DNA of 64,000 nt, from IMG/VR virus record IMGVR_UViG_3300050120_000169, positions 16,088 to 80,087 of that record; one strand, written 5' to 3'. This DNA comes from a virus. Made by a program: the position numbers and the translations under genes. A model generated the notes under the pieces. The model had not been told where the DNA came from. It saw only the letters and a program-made list of their open reading frames with translations, and did not search any database. Position 1 is the first letter of the stretch, and every line of letters starts with the position of its first letter. Below, piece after piece: positions 1 to 9,851 of this stretch.

Positions 1-1
1 A

Positions 2-205
2 AACCTGCGCAAGAAGTGGAATATTAATGGTTTCGTGGCCGGGGTGGTTCAATCCACTTCTGACATGAGTACCAGCACGTCGTTGAAGGTGCCAGAGGTG
101 TACGACAACCTCAGCCCATTCGACTTGCAGCTAAACAAGACGCCGTACGGGCGACAGTATATGGCGATTGCCAGCAAATTCAGCGACATCTGGGGTATCA
201 GCTAA
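2..205 (+). CDS. 3' end of a virion head-tail/neck protein (partial)
   Basis: Open frame ...DLQLNKTPYGRQYMAIASKFSDIWGIS*. The TPYGRQY motif and the position before neck/tail genes match head-tail adaptors of Bcep-like myophages. Confidence 0.55.
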   Translation, partial: NLRKKWNINGFVAGVVQSTSDMSTSTSLKVPEVYDNLSPFDLQLNKTPYGRQYMAIASKFSDIWGIS

Positions 206-420
206 TGGAAGTTTTTACGCAAAAGGCCCGCCTGGATTTGGTGGAGGCCTTGGGCCTGGACCCGAAAAGTATTCAGAGCATCAATATTCAACTCGATGGT
301 CAGCAAACGCCGACCGTCACGATTGTGAAATACATTACTGATGACCAGATGAAGGTACTAGGCCAGATGCTCCAGGGCTTTGAACTGGTCGAGAAGTGGG
401 CAATTCCGCTGGAGCAATGA
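205..420 (+). CDS. hypothetical protein
   Basis: 71-aa ORF translationally coupled (TAATG) to the upstream gene. Confidence 0.6.
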   Translation: MEVFTQKARLDLVEALGLDPKSIQSINIQLDGQQTPTVTIVKYITDDQMKVLGQMLQGFELVEKWAIPLEQ

Positions 421-421
421 C

Positions 422-925
422 GTGATTCTGGTACTTGGTATCATCGATATCCCATACGCGCAAGCTGGGTCAGCGATGAAGAAGGTCAAGAAGGCTCCTA
501 AGGGTAAGGCAACGGCTAAGGCCGCCAAACCCAAGAAGGCTCCTGCCCAACGCGAGGAAACCACGGGTGAAGTAGCTTCGGCGCTGGAAGAAAAGTATCA
601 GATCATGCAGCATTTCTTTGACGAGTATGAAGGTGTGTTCATGTACGACCTGATTGAGGATCTTGAAAAGCAGATTTTCAACTTGAATAACGGATCTCCC
701 GTATTTGAAGGTGGCCCGTTCAAGAGTGGGTTGGAAAAGATGAAGGTATTGTTTGTCCAGTTTTTGGATGATCGGGAAATCGAACATCTGGGCATCCCTG
801 GGGTGCCAACCAAGGCCGCGCTCGACGGAGTGCAGTCGAAGTTCAAGTTATTTAAGGGCGAACGCCGCGCCAGTTTTATCGATACGGGGCTGTACCAACA
901 GTCGTTCAAGGCCTGGACTGAGTAG
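422..925 (+). CDS. putative neck/tail-completion protein
   Basis: GTG start after GGAG; C-terminal FIDTGLYQQSF resembles the (P/F)LIDTG motif of neck proteins; synteny. Confidence 0.55.
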   Translation: MILVLGIIDIPYAQAGSAMKKVKKAPKGKATAKAAKPKKAPAQREETTGEVASALEEKYQIMQHFFDEYEGVFMYDLIEDLEKQIFNLNNGSPVFEGGPFKSGLEKMKVLFVQFLDDREIEHLGIPGVPTKAALDGVQSKFKLFKGERRASFIDTGLYQQSFKAWTE

Positions 926-957
926 CACAGCGCGCAATCAATTGCGGAAGAACTGAC

Positions 958-1986
958 ATGCCGGGATCAATCGCTGAGTCGTATGAAAGCCAAGGGCCGC
1001 TGAATGCACCACTTCAGCAGGGCCTGGAGACGATTTCCCAGGACCAGGAGATATTGTTCACCCAGTACGTGAAGCTGATCCTACCGCTGGATGGTTATGT
1101 GTTTTGGGTGCGGTCTGATCTGGTGGGGGCGGCTGCGCTGTGCAACTGCTATAACTGCTCGAATCAGCAGGTTACCCCGACTACGCCCTATGTGAATCCT
1201 ACCCAGGCCGTGCTTGGGCCGCCTGGACCCTACCTGAAAGTACAAGGATCTCTGCACTACAGTACGTCTGTACGGCAGTCCGAAGATGAGACGATGGCCG
1301 TGAATAGTGTTATCTTCACCGCCCAGTCGGAAGTCAACGATTTCAACTTGATTGGCCCGACCGTGATGTACATCGGGACGTTTGAAGGCCGCAGATTCGC
1401 CTTCAGCAAGCGCGATGCTTGGTACAAGCAAGCTGGCCTTTATCACTACCAGGGCGACGCCGTGTACCCGGCCCTGGCGAGTCAGCTAGTTGATGATGTA
1501 AGTGCGTTTGACACCACAAACGTAATCGTTAGCAATAGCTTACCGATCTGGCTGGCGCTAAATCAGTTCATGCCTATGTATCCGAGCTTTTTGGTGGAGG
1601 AAAACATACCACCGCCCTATGCCTCAGTGCATATTCCCCCCGACAGTACGACCGCTGTAGCCGCAAGGCCTGCGTGGGGCCACACAGGAACCCATAGCCA
1701 GCTAGTGAAAGAAAAGGTTAAGATCACGGTGTACGGTTTGCGCAACTTCAGTGCGCTGGATTTTCAAGATTACGTTTTTCAAAACAGTCTTGATAACCCG
1801 ACGGTCTGGGGGTTGATGAACATGCCGGTGATGCAGGATGAGAAGCGGATCCAGTCAGAACTGACCGTGATTGCGCAGAAGAAGTCTTTCGAAATGGAAG
1901 TGAATTACTACCAGATTCGAGTCCGAGACATCGCAAGGCAGTTGATCCAAGGAGCAGTACCAGATATTTATCTTGAACCCCTGTAA
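958..1986 (+). CDS. virion structural protein (head closure/tail terminator-like)
   Basis: 342 aa; lies between neck and sheath genes. Confidence 0.5.
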   Translation: MPGSIAESYESQGPLNAPLQQGLETISQDQEILFTQYVKLILPLDGYVFWVRSDLVGAAALCNCYNCSNQQVTPTTPYVNPTQAVLGPPGPYLKVQGSLHYSTSVRQSEDETMAVNSVIFTAQSEVNDFNLIGPTVMYIGTFEGRRFAFSKRDAWYKQAGLYHYQGDAVYPALASQLVDDVSAFDTTNVIVSNSLPIWLALNQFMPMYPSFLVEENIPPPYASVHIPPDSTTAVAARPAWGHTGTHSQLVKEKVKITVYGLRNFSALDFQDYVFQNSLDNPTVWGLMNMPVMQDEKRIQSELTVIAQKKSFEMEVNYYQIRVRDIARQLIQGAVPDIYLEPL

Positions 1987-2017
1987 GGGGATTTGCTAAC
2001 CAAGTAGGGAGTTCAAA

Positions 2018-2344
2018 ATGTCACAAGGTCCGTTGGGTGTAAGCATCACCAATGTCGAAGGCAGCAACTCCAAGCTGAATTTGACTGCCGGTGCCACGCT
2101 GGTGAAGCCGCAACCGGGTCGCATCCTGTCGCTCGTTATCAATACTCCTGGGTCGACCACGACCACCCCGAGTGTTGTTATGTACGACTCGGCTACGACC
2201 GCAGGTACGGCTACTGCAAACATTGTCTATGCCAGCCCTGACAACGTGGCGGCAGGTACGGTGATTCCGGTGAATTTTCCGGTCCAGAATGGGCTTGTCG
2301 TCGTGCCAGAAACCGGGTGCGTTTGCTCCCTTTCGTACAACTAA
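2018..2344 (+). CDS. small beta-rich virion protein, paralog 1
   Basis: Shares LVKxQPG, YDSATTAGTA and FPxQNG with the next gene; GGGAG RBS. Confidence 0.6.
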   Translation: MSQGPLGVSITNVEGSNSKLNLTAGATLVKPQPGRILSLVINTPGSTTTTPSVVMYDSATTAGTATANIVYASPDNVAAGTVIPVNFPVQNGLVVVPETGCVCSLSYN

Positions 2345-2382
2345 GAGCCGGTGGCTCATTTTTAACGCATTAGGAGTTTAAA

Positions 2383-2700
2383 ATGCCACAAGGTCAAATT
2401 GCATTGGCAAACACCCCGAGCAACGGCTCGAAGTCTGCCCTTGGTCTTACGGATGCAGCAGTTAATCTGGTGAAGTCACAACCGGGTAAGGTGCTGCAAG
2501 CAAATGTGGTTGTTGCCCTGGCTGGCGCGTTGTCGATTTATGACAGTGCGACTACCGCAGGCACCGCCGCAGCAAATCTGGTGTACGCCAGTAGCACGAC
2601 TGTGGCGATTGGCACGATCATTGAACTGGATTTCCCGATGCAGAACGGCATTGTCGCCGTGCTCGGAAGCACCGGTCAAGTCGCGCTGTCATACGTCTAA
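2383..2700 (+). CDS. small beta-rich virion protein, paralog 2
   Basis: Tandem paralog of 2018..2344; AGGAG RBS. Confidence 0.6.
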   Translation: MPQGQIALANTPSNGSKSALGLTDAAVNLVKSQPGKVLQANVVVALAGALSIYDSATTAGTAAANLVYASSTTVAIGTIIELDFPMQNGIVAVLGSTGQVALSYV

Positions 2701-2743
2701 GCACGGTGTGAGAAATAACGTCTAACCTCTAAGGGATTCGGCC

Positions 2744-4123
2744 ATGACGAACGCAATTGTTCAAGTCAGCGTAAGCCAAACCATTGCACCAGCACCAAGT
2801 AAGTTGCAACGGACTGGCGCGATGATTAGTCAGGGGGGTACGACGCTCACCCCGGGGACTTACTCGCTTCTGACGCAGGACTCAGACCTGACGCCGCTTC
2901 TGACGCAGCCTCAGACCAATAGCACGCTTGCCTGGGCGTCGTCGGTTGTGACCGTTACGACTGCGGTGGCTCACGGCTACCCGACCGGCGCGCTAATCAA
3001 CCTGACCATCTCCGGTGCGAACCCTGCCGGTTATAACGGCACGTTCCTGGCGACCATTACCAGCAGCACGCAATTTACTTATCCGCTAACTGGTAACCCC
3101 GGCGCGCAGGTAAGTGCTGGTACGACGGTCAATGCCTTCGTGACCCAACTAGGGGCCATGGTCAACACGTTCTACGACCAGAACGGTCTGTTGAGTGTGT
3201 ATGTGCTTGAGCTTGGCACCGGCACCAGCACGACGGGTATCGCGTCGCTGGAGGCTTACATTGTCGCCAGCCCTGGTTTCTTCTACAGCTACTTGATTCC
3301 GCGTGGCTGGGATGCAGATTCGACTTACCCAGCTTTCCTGGCGAACTACAACGCGCCAAACGCGAAGATTTACTTCTACACGACGGTGACGTTGAGTAGC
3401 TACGCGGCCTTGACCAACAACCAGTTGAACAAGTGCTGCCCGGTGCTGATCGAAAGCACGAGTCCGGCTCTGCCGCCCGACGAGTTCTCGATGGCGGCGA
3501 TGTGGTGGACCACGCTCAATGCCAATCCCAGCAGCACGAACATGGTGCCTCCGCTGTGCTTCAGCTTCCTGATCGGCGTTACTGCCGGTACTTGGACGGG
3601 TCCGCAATTGACTGCGTTCAAGACCAACAATGTCAACTACGTCGGGACCGGCGCAGAAGGCGGGATCAGCAAAGATATCCTGTACTGGGGCAATATGCCT
3701 GACGGCAACCCCTGGAACTACTGGTACTCGGCTGACTGGTCGCAGATCAATTTGGACCTCGATATCAGCAACACGATTATCAACGGTAGCAACACCAGCA
3801 TCAATCCGCTCTACTACAACCAGGACGGTGTGAATCGTCTTCAGGCGACGGCAGTGCAGACGATGCAGGAAGCGATTGCGTACGGCTTGGCGTACGGTAC
3901 GCTGGTGCAAACCCAGCTTGATCCTACGACCTTTGCCAATAACGTGTCGGCTGGCCTGTACCTGGGTTATGTGGTGGTCAACGCCGTGCCGGTGGCGACG
4001 TGGCTGGCATCGAATCCAAGCACGTATTCCGAGGGTATTTACGGGGGCTTGGCCGCGCTCTACACGCCAGCCCGAGGGTTTGAACAGATCCTGTTCAACC
4101 TTAACGTCAGCAACTTGGCATAA
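2744..4123 (+). CDS. tail sheath protein
   Basis: 459 aa; precedes a 150-aa tube-sized gene; C-terminal YWYSADW and LYYNQDG motifs typical of myophage sheaths. Confidence 0.8.
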   Translation: MTNAIVQVSVSQTIAPAPSKLQRTGAMISQGGTTLTPGTYSLLTQDSDLTPLLTQPQTNSTLAWASSVVTVTTAVAHGYPTGALINLTISGANPAGYNGTFLATITSSTQFTYPLTGNPGAQVSAGTTVNAFVTQLGAMVNTFYDQNGLLSVYVLELGTGTSTTGIASLEAYIVASPGFFYSYLIPRGWDADSTYPAFLANYNAPNAKIYFYTTVTLSSYAALTNNQLNKCCPVLIESTSPALPPDEFSMAAMWWTTLNANPSSTNMVPPLCFSFLIGVTAGTWTGPQLTAFKTNNVNYVGTGAEGGISKDILYWGNMPDGNPWNYWYSADWSQINLDLDISNTIINGSNTSINPLYYNQDGVNRLQATAVQTMQEAIAYGLAYGTLVQTQLDPTTFANNVSAGLYLGYVVVNAVPVATWLASNPSTYSEGIYGGLAALYTPARGFEQILFNLNVSNLA

Positions 4124-4135
4124 GGGGTATAGAAC

Positions 4136-4588
4136 ATGGCAACGCAAACTAACCCCCTCATTGCCCAGGGCACGCTTAACCGGCTCCGGGGTAGTGTAGT
4201 GTGGGCGAACTTCCCCACGCTGAATGTCACGGCCCCGTTCTTGAATAAAGAAGGTATCCGGTTGGCCCTGGATGGCGAGGCTACGACTTTCATCCAGACG
4301 ATTACCGGCGCGGTAACTTCGCCGGAACCGTACCAGATGATCACACTCACCATGAACATCCTGAAGACGAACGGTCTTGCAGCGCTGTATCAGGCGCAAA
4401 TGCAGAACTCAACGTTGCTGGGAAATGGCACGGTGATTACCGACACGAACGCCTTGCCGGTCTTCCCGCTGATCAACTGCGCTATCGAGTCGGTGCGCGA
4501 GTTGAGCTTTGCCGGTGAAGATGCGGGCTTTGCGGTGGTGGTTCGTGGCTACTGGATCGTTAATAACGCGCTGTGGAATTTGCTGTAA
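4136..4588 (+). CDS. tail tube protein
   Basis: 150 aa, beta-rich, directly after the sheath gene. Confidence 0.75.
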   Translation: MATQTNPLIAQGTLNRLRGSVVWANFPTLNVTAPFLNKEGIRLALDGEATTFIQTITGAVTSPEPYQMITLTMNILKTNGLAALYQAQMQNSTLLGNGTVITDTNALPVFPLINCAIESVRELSFAGEDAGFAVVVRGYWIVNNALWNLL

Positions 4589-4615
4589 AAACCAGCGTAG
4601 TAGGGCACAGACAAA

Positions 4616-5185
4616 ATGACCAAATTAGATAAAAAACTAAATATCGTGCTCCCACTCGATTCTGGGTGGGTACACGCTACCCCTATCTCGTACGATATCT
4701 TCGAGAAGTATTTCGTGAGTATCTCCAAGGCTTTCTCGCGGTTGTTTAACGAGGGCCTTGGCACGTTTGCAGGGCCACGAGTGGCTTACCTGATGCTGAA
4801 GAAGGTGGCTGAAGAAGACGGCAACTGGGAAACACCTAATGGTGACGGTGTGAGCCAGGGGCTGATGAACGAAATTATCCGGTTGTCGAATGTGTTGCTG
4901 CCGGGTGAGCAGGGCTGGACATCACTCCCGTTGTACGAAGCGCTCCGGCAAGGAAAATTGGACCCTGACGAAAAGGCGGAGGTGCTAAACGGCCTTGTTT
5001 TTTTTACTTTGGCTTCGTCGATGGCACGGAAGGCGGACTTGAGGGGGGTGCTCTCTGGGATAGTAAAATTCTGGGATGGGCAAATCACGTTGTCCGACTC
5101 TACGGCTTTTCTAGCCTCCTTGCCGACATTGACACCAGTAGAGCCTACTGGTCCGAAGGAGCCAGCATCGCCCATACCGTCTTGA
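4616..5185 (+). CDS. tail assembly chaperone (probable -1 frameshift product extends to 5313)
   Basis: Lies between tube and tape measure genes. Slippery T TTT TTT at 4999-5005; the -1 frame is open to TGA 5311-5313. Confidence 0.7.
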   Translation: MTKLDKKLNIVLPLDSGWVHATPISYDIFEKYFVSISKAFSRLFNEGLGTFAGPRVAYLMLKKVAEEDGNWETPNGDGVSQGLMNEIIRLSNVLLPGEQGWTSLPLYEALRQGKLDPDEKAEVLNGLVFFTLASSMARKADLRGVLSGIVKFWDGQITLSDSTAFLASLPTLTPVEPTGPKEPASPIPS

Positions 5186-5343
5186 ACTGGGTGGTAGAAG
5201 ACGGGTATAGGCAGTTTTTTGGTCAGTCAGACTACGAATTTGAATTCACGTCCGCACAGCATTACAGGAACCGGCACCTTTTGGCGGCGATGAGGCCTCG
5301 GCGGTCCAGATGAAATAGCGCAATTGATTGCGGAGCGTGAATC

Positions 5344-7323
5344 GTGGCAGATAAACCAATCCTCAAGATTCCTGTGGACACCCAGGAGTGGGATCAGTTC
5401 GTAGATAAGTTCAATGCCTACCAAAAGGTGTTGGAAACCCAGGGCGAGCAGTGGGCTGACACGAACAAAGGTGTCAAGGAAGTCTCGAAATCCTTCGATC
5501 AAGTAGAAGGGTCGTTCGACAAGTTGGTTAAGGCCGCAGTAAATCCCGCGTTCGCTGATAAGAGTACCGGCACCTTTGCACGCTTTGAGAAAAGCTCGCA
5601 GAAGACTGCTGGGTTCTGGAAAGCCACCGAGCGCTCGCTCGAAAAAACCAGTAAGTATTTCGAAACCTTCGTGCGTTCGGGCATCAAGTGGGAAGGACTC
5701 GCCAAGGGCGGCGGCTTGATCGGTGGGGTGCTAGGTATTGGTGGTGCCATATTGGGCGCTACTGAAAAGGCCTCGAATGACTTTGCTGGTCAAAATAAGC
5801 TGAATCGCTCTCTTGGATTAAAGCCAGGGGAGCAACAGGCGTTCACCAACGCGTTTGGTCCTGCGGGCGCTGATGATGCACTGCTCGCCAAGATGGCAGC
5901 GGCTAAGAACGACCCTAACCAGTGGCACGGGTTGTTGGCGGCTGGTATCAATCAGCAGGAAATCCTAAGTAAGAACCCTGAGCAGCTTGCCGCCGAGTTT
6001 ATGGAAAAGGCGGGGGATCGCTTTAACAAGCTGGGTCCGAATGGCGGCGCTTGGGCGAATTCCACAGGTGTGTCAGAGTTCCTGGACCCTAATCAGCTTC
6101 GGCTTGCTGGTTCGTATAACCACGGCCAGTATCAGGGCTTCCAAGGGCAATACGAGCAAGACGTACCGAAGTTTGCCGCCCAGCAGTCTGTGCTGGATGA
6201 AGCTACCAAGGCCAAACAGGATTTCGATAAGGCGTGGACTCAGCTTGATTTGGCGTTTGACAAGGCGGCGATGAAACTCACGCCGGATGTGGTCAAGCTG
6301 GTAGACGAGTTCGCAGATATGGTGAGTGCGTTTGCTGATTCGAAAGAATTCGCTACGGATGTCAAGGATTTCAAGGAAGACATCCACACTATGGGTGTGG
6401 CCGCCAAGTGGGTAGCTGATCATTTAAATCACCTATTCGGGCTAGACAAGCCGGGTGCCGATAAGAAGACTCACGTAGACCCACAGGGGTGGGGTGGGAA
6501 GCTGTTGTCGTTTGGTAAGTACACCTGGGATGCCATAACTGGGAATCAGTTCACGCCACCTAAATACGATTACGGTGGTGATGACGACACTTCAGATGCG
6601 AATGGTGGCGCACCGAACGGTAGCGCGGGCTATGAAGACAAGATGCTCGACGCGATTAAGATGAACGAGTCGAGCGGTGTGAATGGCAAGACGAACCCTG
6701 ACACGGGCGCGGCTGGCCTGTATGGCATCATGCCCGAAAACTCTACGAAAGCCGGTATCGACCCGATGGATCCGGTGGCTAGTCGCGGATTGGCTAAAAA
6801 GATTTATGACAGTTTCCTCACCAAGTACCACGGTGACAGTGCAAAGGCTCTGGCCGCTTATGACGGCTTCGGCGGCTTGGATAAAGACATTGCCAAGTAC
6901 GGCGATCAGTGGCGCAGCCATATTGACGAATATCAAAGTACAGGTGAGACCATTAAGTATCTGAAGCGCATCGAAAAGCAGGGGCTTAATATTGGCCCCG
7001 GGACTAATGACGCCGATACCAAACCCAGCAAGCTCGACACCACGCCGATTGATGGTATGGATGTGCAACCGTACACGCCAGAAGAAGAGAAGGCGAAAGA
7101 TCAGAGTGATAAGCAGTATGTGAAGGACCAGATGAAGGGCAACCGTAATATGTTTGGGGTATTTCAAGACCTGTTCACCCCTGGTGCTGGGAATAAGTAC
7201 CTACCCCCGGACAATCAGTCCAAGGCTACGTCTGGTCAGCAAGCGCCCTATAACATCAATGTCTCGGTCAGCGCTCCCCCTGGCACTAACACGGCTGTAA
7301 CGGCTGGGGGGCTGGCACAGTGA
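5344..7323 (+). CDS. tape measure protein with C-terminal lytic transglycosylase (SLT) domain
   Basis: Helical Ala/Lys-rich N-terminus; SLT-like motifs MNESSG, GAAGLYGIMP and ALAAYDG. Confidence 0.8.
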   Translation: MADKPILKIPVDTQEWDQFVDKFNAYQKVLETQGEQWADTNKGVKEVSKSFDQVEGSFDKLVKAAVNPAFADKSTGTFARFEKSSQKTAGFWKATERSLEKTSKYFETFVRSGIKWEGLAKGGGLIGGVLGIGGAILGATEKASNDFAGQNKLNRSLGLKPGEQQAFTNAFGPAGADDALLAKMAAAKNDPNQWHGLLAAGINQQEILSKNPEQLAAEFMEKAGDRFNKLGPNGGAWANSTGVSEFLDPNQLRLAGSYNHGQYQGFQGQYEQDVPKFAAQQSVLDEATKAKQDFDKAWTQLDLAFDKAAMKLTPDVVKLVDEFADMVSAFADSKEFATDVKDFKEDIHTMGVAAKWVADHLNHLFGLDKPGADKKTHVDPQGWGGKLLSFGKYTWDAITGNQFTPPKYDYGGDDDTSDANGGAPNGSAGYEDKMLDAIKMNESSGVNGKTNPDTGAAGLYGIMPENSTKAGIDPMDPVASRGLAKKIYDSFLTKYHGDSAKALAAYDGFGGLDKDIAKYGDQWRSHIDEYQSTGETIKYLKRIEKQGLNIGPGTNDADTKPSKLDTTPIDGMDVQPYTPEEEKAKDQSDKQYVKDQMKGNRNMFGVFQDLFTPGAGNKYLPPDNQSKATSGQQAPYNINVSVSAPPGTNTAVTAGGLAQ

Positions 7324-8567
7324 GGTATTACCGCGTAGTCATTACTGACCCGACCACGAATGAAATTCTGGTGCCGAATTACAACGGTATTCCGGGTTTC
7401 ACACGGGTGGGGAACGATACGAACATTTCGTCGTACACCAGTCTTAATTACGGTCAGACTGTGACTGCGTTTGGCAGCACGAATATGTCAGCCCAGATGG
7501 TGGAAGTAGATATCCCAGTGGGGTTTTTGCATCAGCCTGGGCAGAATGCTTACATCAAGATTCATGGGGTGGGCATTGCCGAAATCGGCCAAGCAGCAGA
7601 TTTACAGGGTATGAACATCGCCGTGTATGGGGGTATGGCCGCTGGCCTACCTTTGGCTAACCCGCTTGAATCAGGGCTGTTGGTCAACGCCATGGTACTC
7701 CAGTCGTTTGGAATTTGGCTGGGACACGAGCAGTCGCTCAATATGTTCATGACTTTTCAAGGTAGTAGTCCTACATCGAACCAAACCTCTGGCAATCCGA
7801 GCAGTACGAGCACTGTGCCAGTCCCGACTACGAATGAAAATCCGGCCAATATTGTCTTTCAATGGCGACCGGGCCAACCCCTGCTCACACCAGTGGTTAA
7901 TACCTTACAAGTTGCGTACCCGAAGTACTCGATTGCCGGAGCCGTGCATAGTGGATTAGTGTGGAGTGGCGCGACTGCCACGGGCTATTTCAATACGCTT
8001 GAGCAGTTTTCTGCCTATTTATATCAAAAGTCACTTTCTATCATTAGTGGCTATGCGCCTATTAATCCACTACCACAGAACTACCCCAGCAATTACCCAG
8101 GGGTGCGGCTTGCATTGCAAAACAATACGATTACGATTCAGGATGGCACGACGCAAACCACGCCGAAGCAGATCCAGTTTATTGATTTGGTGGGCCAACC
8201 GACTTGGAGCCAACGCTATCAAGTGCAGGTGACGTGCGTAATGAGAGCGGATATTAACTGTGGTGATTATGTGCGGCTCCCGCCGTCCCCAGGAATCACC
8301 ACGCTGGGTAGTAACAGTGAGTACTTCAACCCTTCTGGGGGCAACATATACGCGACTGCTAAGGACAGCAGCATCTTCAGCGGGGTTTTTGAAGTGATAG
8401 CTGTTCGACATGTGGGGAATAACCGGGATCCGAATGCTCAGTCCTGGGTGACCACACTCGATTTATTGAATATGTCTTACGGGCAACCAGAGGTCGTAGA
8501 TACCCTGCCAGTCTTGTACAATGGCCCTACTGGTGGTAGCGCATATTCTTTCTATTTGCCGAGTTAG
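7320..8567 (+). CDS. baseplate hub protein
   Basis: 415 aa; C-terminal GVFEVIAVRHVG...W motif typical of hub proteins; synteny. Confidence 0.6.
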   Translation: MRYYRVVITDPTTNEILVPNYNGIPGFTRVGNDTNISSYTSLNYGQTVTAFGSTNMSAQMVEVDIPVGFLHQPGQNAYIKIHGVGIAEIGQAADLQGMNIAVYGGMAAGLPLANPLESGLLVNAMVLQSFGIWLGHEQSLNMFMTFQGSSPTSNQTSGNPSSTSTVPVPTTNENPANIVFQWRPGQPLLTPVVNTLQVAYPKYSIAGAVHSGLVWSGATATGYFNTLEQFSAYLYQKSLSIISGYAPINPLPQNYPSNYPGVRLALQNNTITIQDGTTQTTPKQIQFIDLVGQPTWSQRYQVQVTCVMRADINCGDYVRLPPSPGITTLGSNSEYFNPSGGNIYATAKDSSIFSGVFEVIAVRHVGNNRDPNAQSWVTTLDLLNMSYGQPEVVDTLPVLYNGPTGGSAYSFYLPS

Positions 8568-8569
8568 TC

Positions 8570-9343
8570 ATGCCAAGCTTAGACCAAACGATTTTCAAGC
8601 TAGGTTTTCAAATTTCACCGGTTATTTTGGTGAATGGTGTGGCGTCGCAAATTCCTGGGCAGATGCTACCCATTGTTGCCTTGACTCAAGCGGCTGACTT
8701 CACGCTAGGCCTGTTGAGTGGTGGTGCCAGCTTACCCTCATCGTTGGATCAATATTTTGCCCATTGGAAACCCCTACCCGGTACAACGCTGATTCAAAAC
8801 ACTATCGGCCAGTATCCCTTTGCCAATCAAGCGGTGGCGGCGAACTCGATCATTGCCCAGCCGTTGCAGATCAGTATGTTGATGGCGTGCCCAGTGCAGG
8901 AGGAAGGTGGCTATCCGGCCAAACTGGCTACCATGACGGTATTGGTGCAAACGCTCAATCAGCACAATGCGATGGGGGGCGTATATACAATTGCCACTCC
9001 AGCCCAGATTTACCCGAACTGCATCTTGCTGGCCGTGCGTGATGTGTCTAGTGGGGAGAGCAAGCAGGTACAATTTGCTTACCAGTTCGACTTCGTGCAG
9101 CCGCTGATTACGATCAACCAAGCGACGCAGGTTTATAACTCCCTGATGAACACCATTTCTGGTGGCTTACCCACGAGCTTGACCCCTTCGTGGAGTGGCT
9201 TGTCCTCCACCACGGGTGCCAATTTAGTATCAGCCCCTGGTGCAGCTATTCCCTCTCTCACCAATATGGCTGGTGCAGCGGCTTCGGGGGTTGGGTCTGG
9301 TGCGATTGGTGGTGTGCTAGGTGGCACGGGGATAGGACTATGA
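8570..9343 (+). CDS. baseplate/tail tube initiator-like protein
   Basis: Synteny in the baseplate cluster; 257 aa. Confidence 0.5.
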   Translation: MPSLDQTIFKLGFQISPVILVNGVASQIPGQMLPIVALTQAADFTLGLLSGGASLPSSLDQYFAHWKPLPGTTLIQNTIGQYPFANQAVAANSIIAQPLQISMLMACPVQEEGGYPAKLATMTVLVQTLNQHNAMGGVYTIATPAQIYPNCILLAVRDVSSGESKQVQFAYQFDFVQPLITINQATQVYNSLMNTISGGLPTSLTPSWSGLSSTTGANLVSAPGAAIPSLTNMAGAAASGVGSGAIGGVLGGTGIGL

Positions 9344-9825
9344 CTACCGTTCAGTTTCAACCATCACCCACGGCGAATACCCGGTTCCAAGCGACGCTTG
9401 ATAGTCAGGTGTACAACGTGGTTATCAATTGGAATTTGTTCGGTGCCCGGTATTACGTGAATATCTACACGTTGGCGGGTCAGCGTATTGTGACTGAGCC
9501 GTTGATTGGCTCGCCACTGGGTTATGACCTGTCTTCATTGACCAGTGATAACAACATCGCCAGTGCTGTGACGGCGGTGAGTCACACCTACACGGTCGGT
9601 AGTATTGTGCCCTTGCAGATTGCCGGGAACACCCCGACCGCATTTAACGGCACGTTCAATTGCAACATTACCGGCCCGAACAGTTTTACTTATCCCCTGC
9701 CAGGGACGATTGATCAGGCTACACAATTGGGCACGGCCACATACACCCTGAGCCTTACAGCCGGGTATTTCAACAGCACTATGGTGTATTTTCCGGACAA
9801 CGAGCAGATCATCATCACTCCCTAA
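9340..9825 (+). CDS. baseplate protein with an inserted beta-sandwich domain
   Basis: ATG overlaps the upstream stop; INWNLFGARYYVNIY motif; synteny. Confidence 0.55.
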   Translation: MTTVQFQPSPTANTRFQATLDSQVYNVVINWNLFGARYYVNIYTLAGQRIVTEPLIGSPLGYDLSSLTSDNNIASAVTAVSHTYTVGSIVPLQIAGNTPTAFNGTFNCNITGPNSFTYPLPGTIDQATQLGTATYTLSLTAGYFNSTMVYFPDNEQIIITP

Positions 9826-9851
9826 GTCCGCAATTAATTGCGGAGGAATTC

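Noticed and set aside
3149-4399. 416-aa minus-strand ORF and the other minus-strand ORFs in the track
   Set aside because: They are antisense shadows of well-supported plus-strand genes, with no RBS or motif support.
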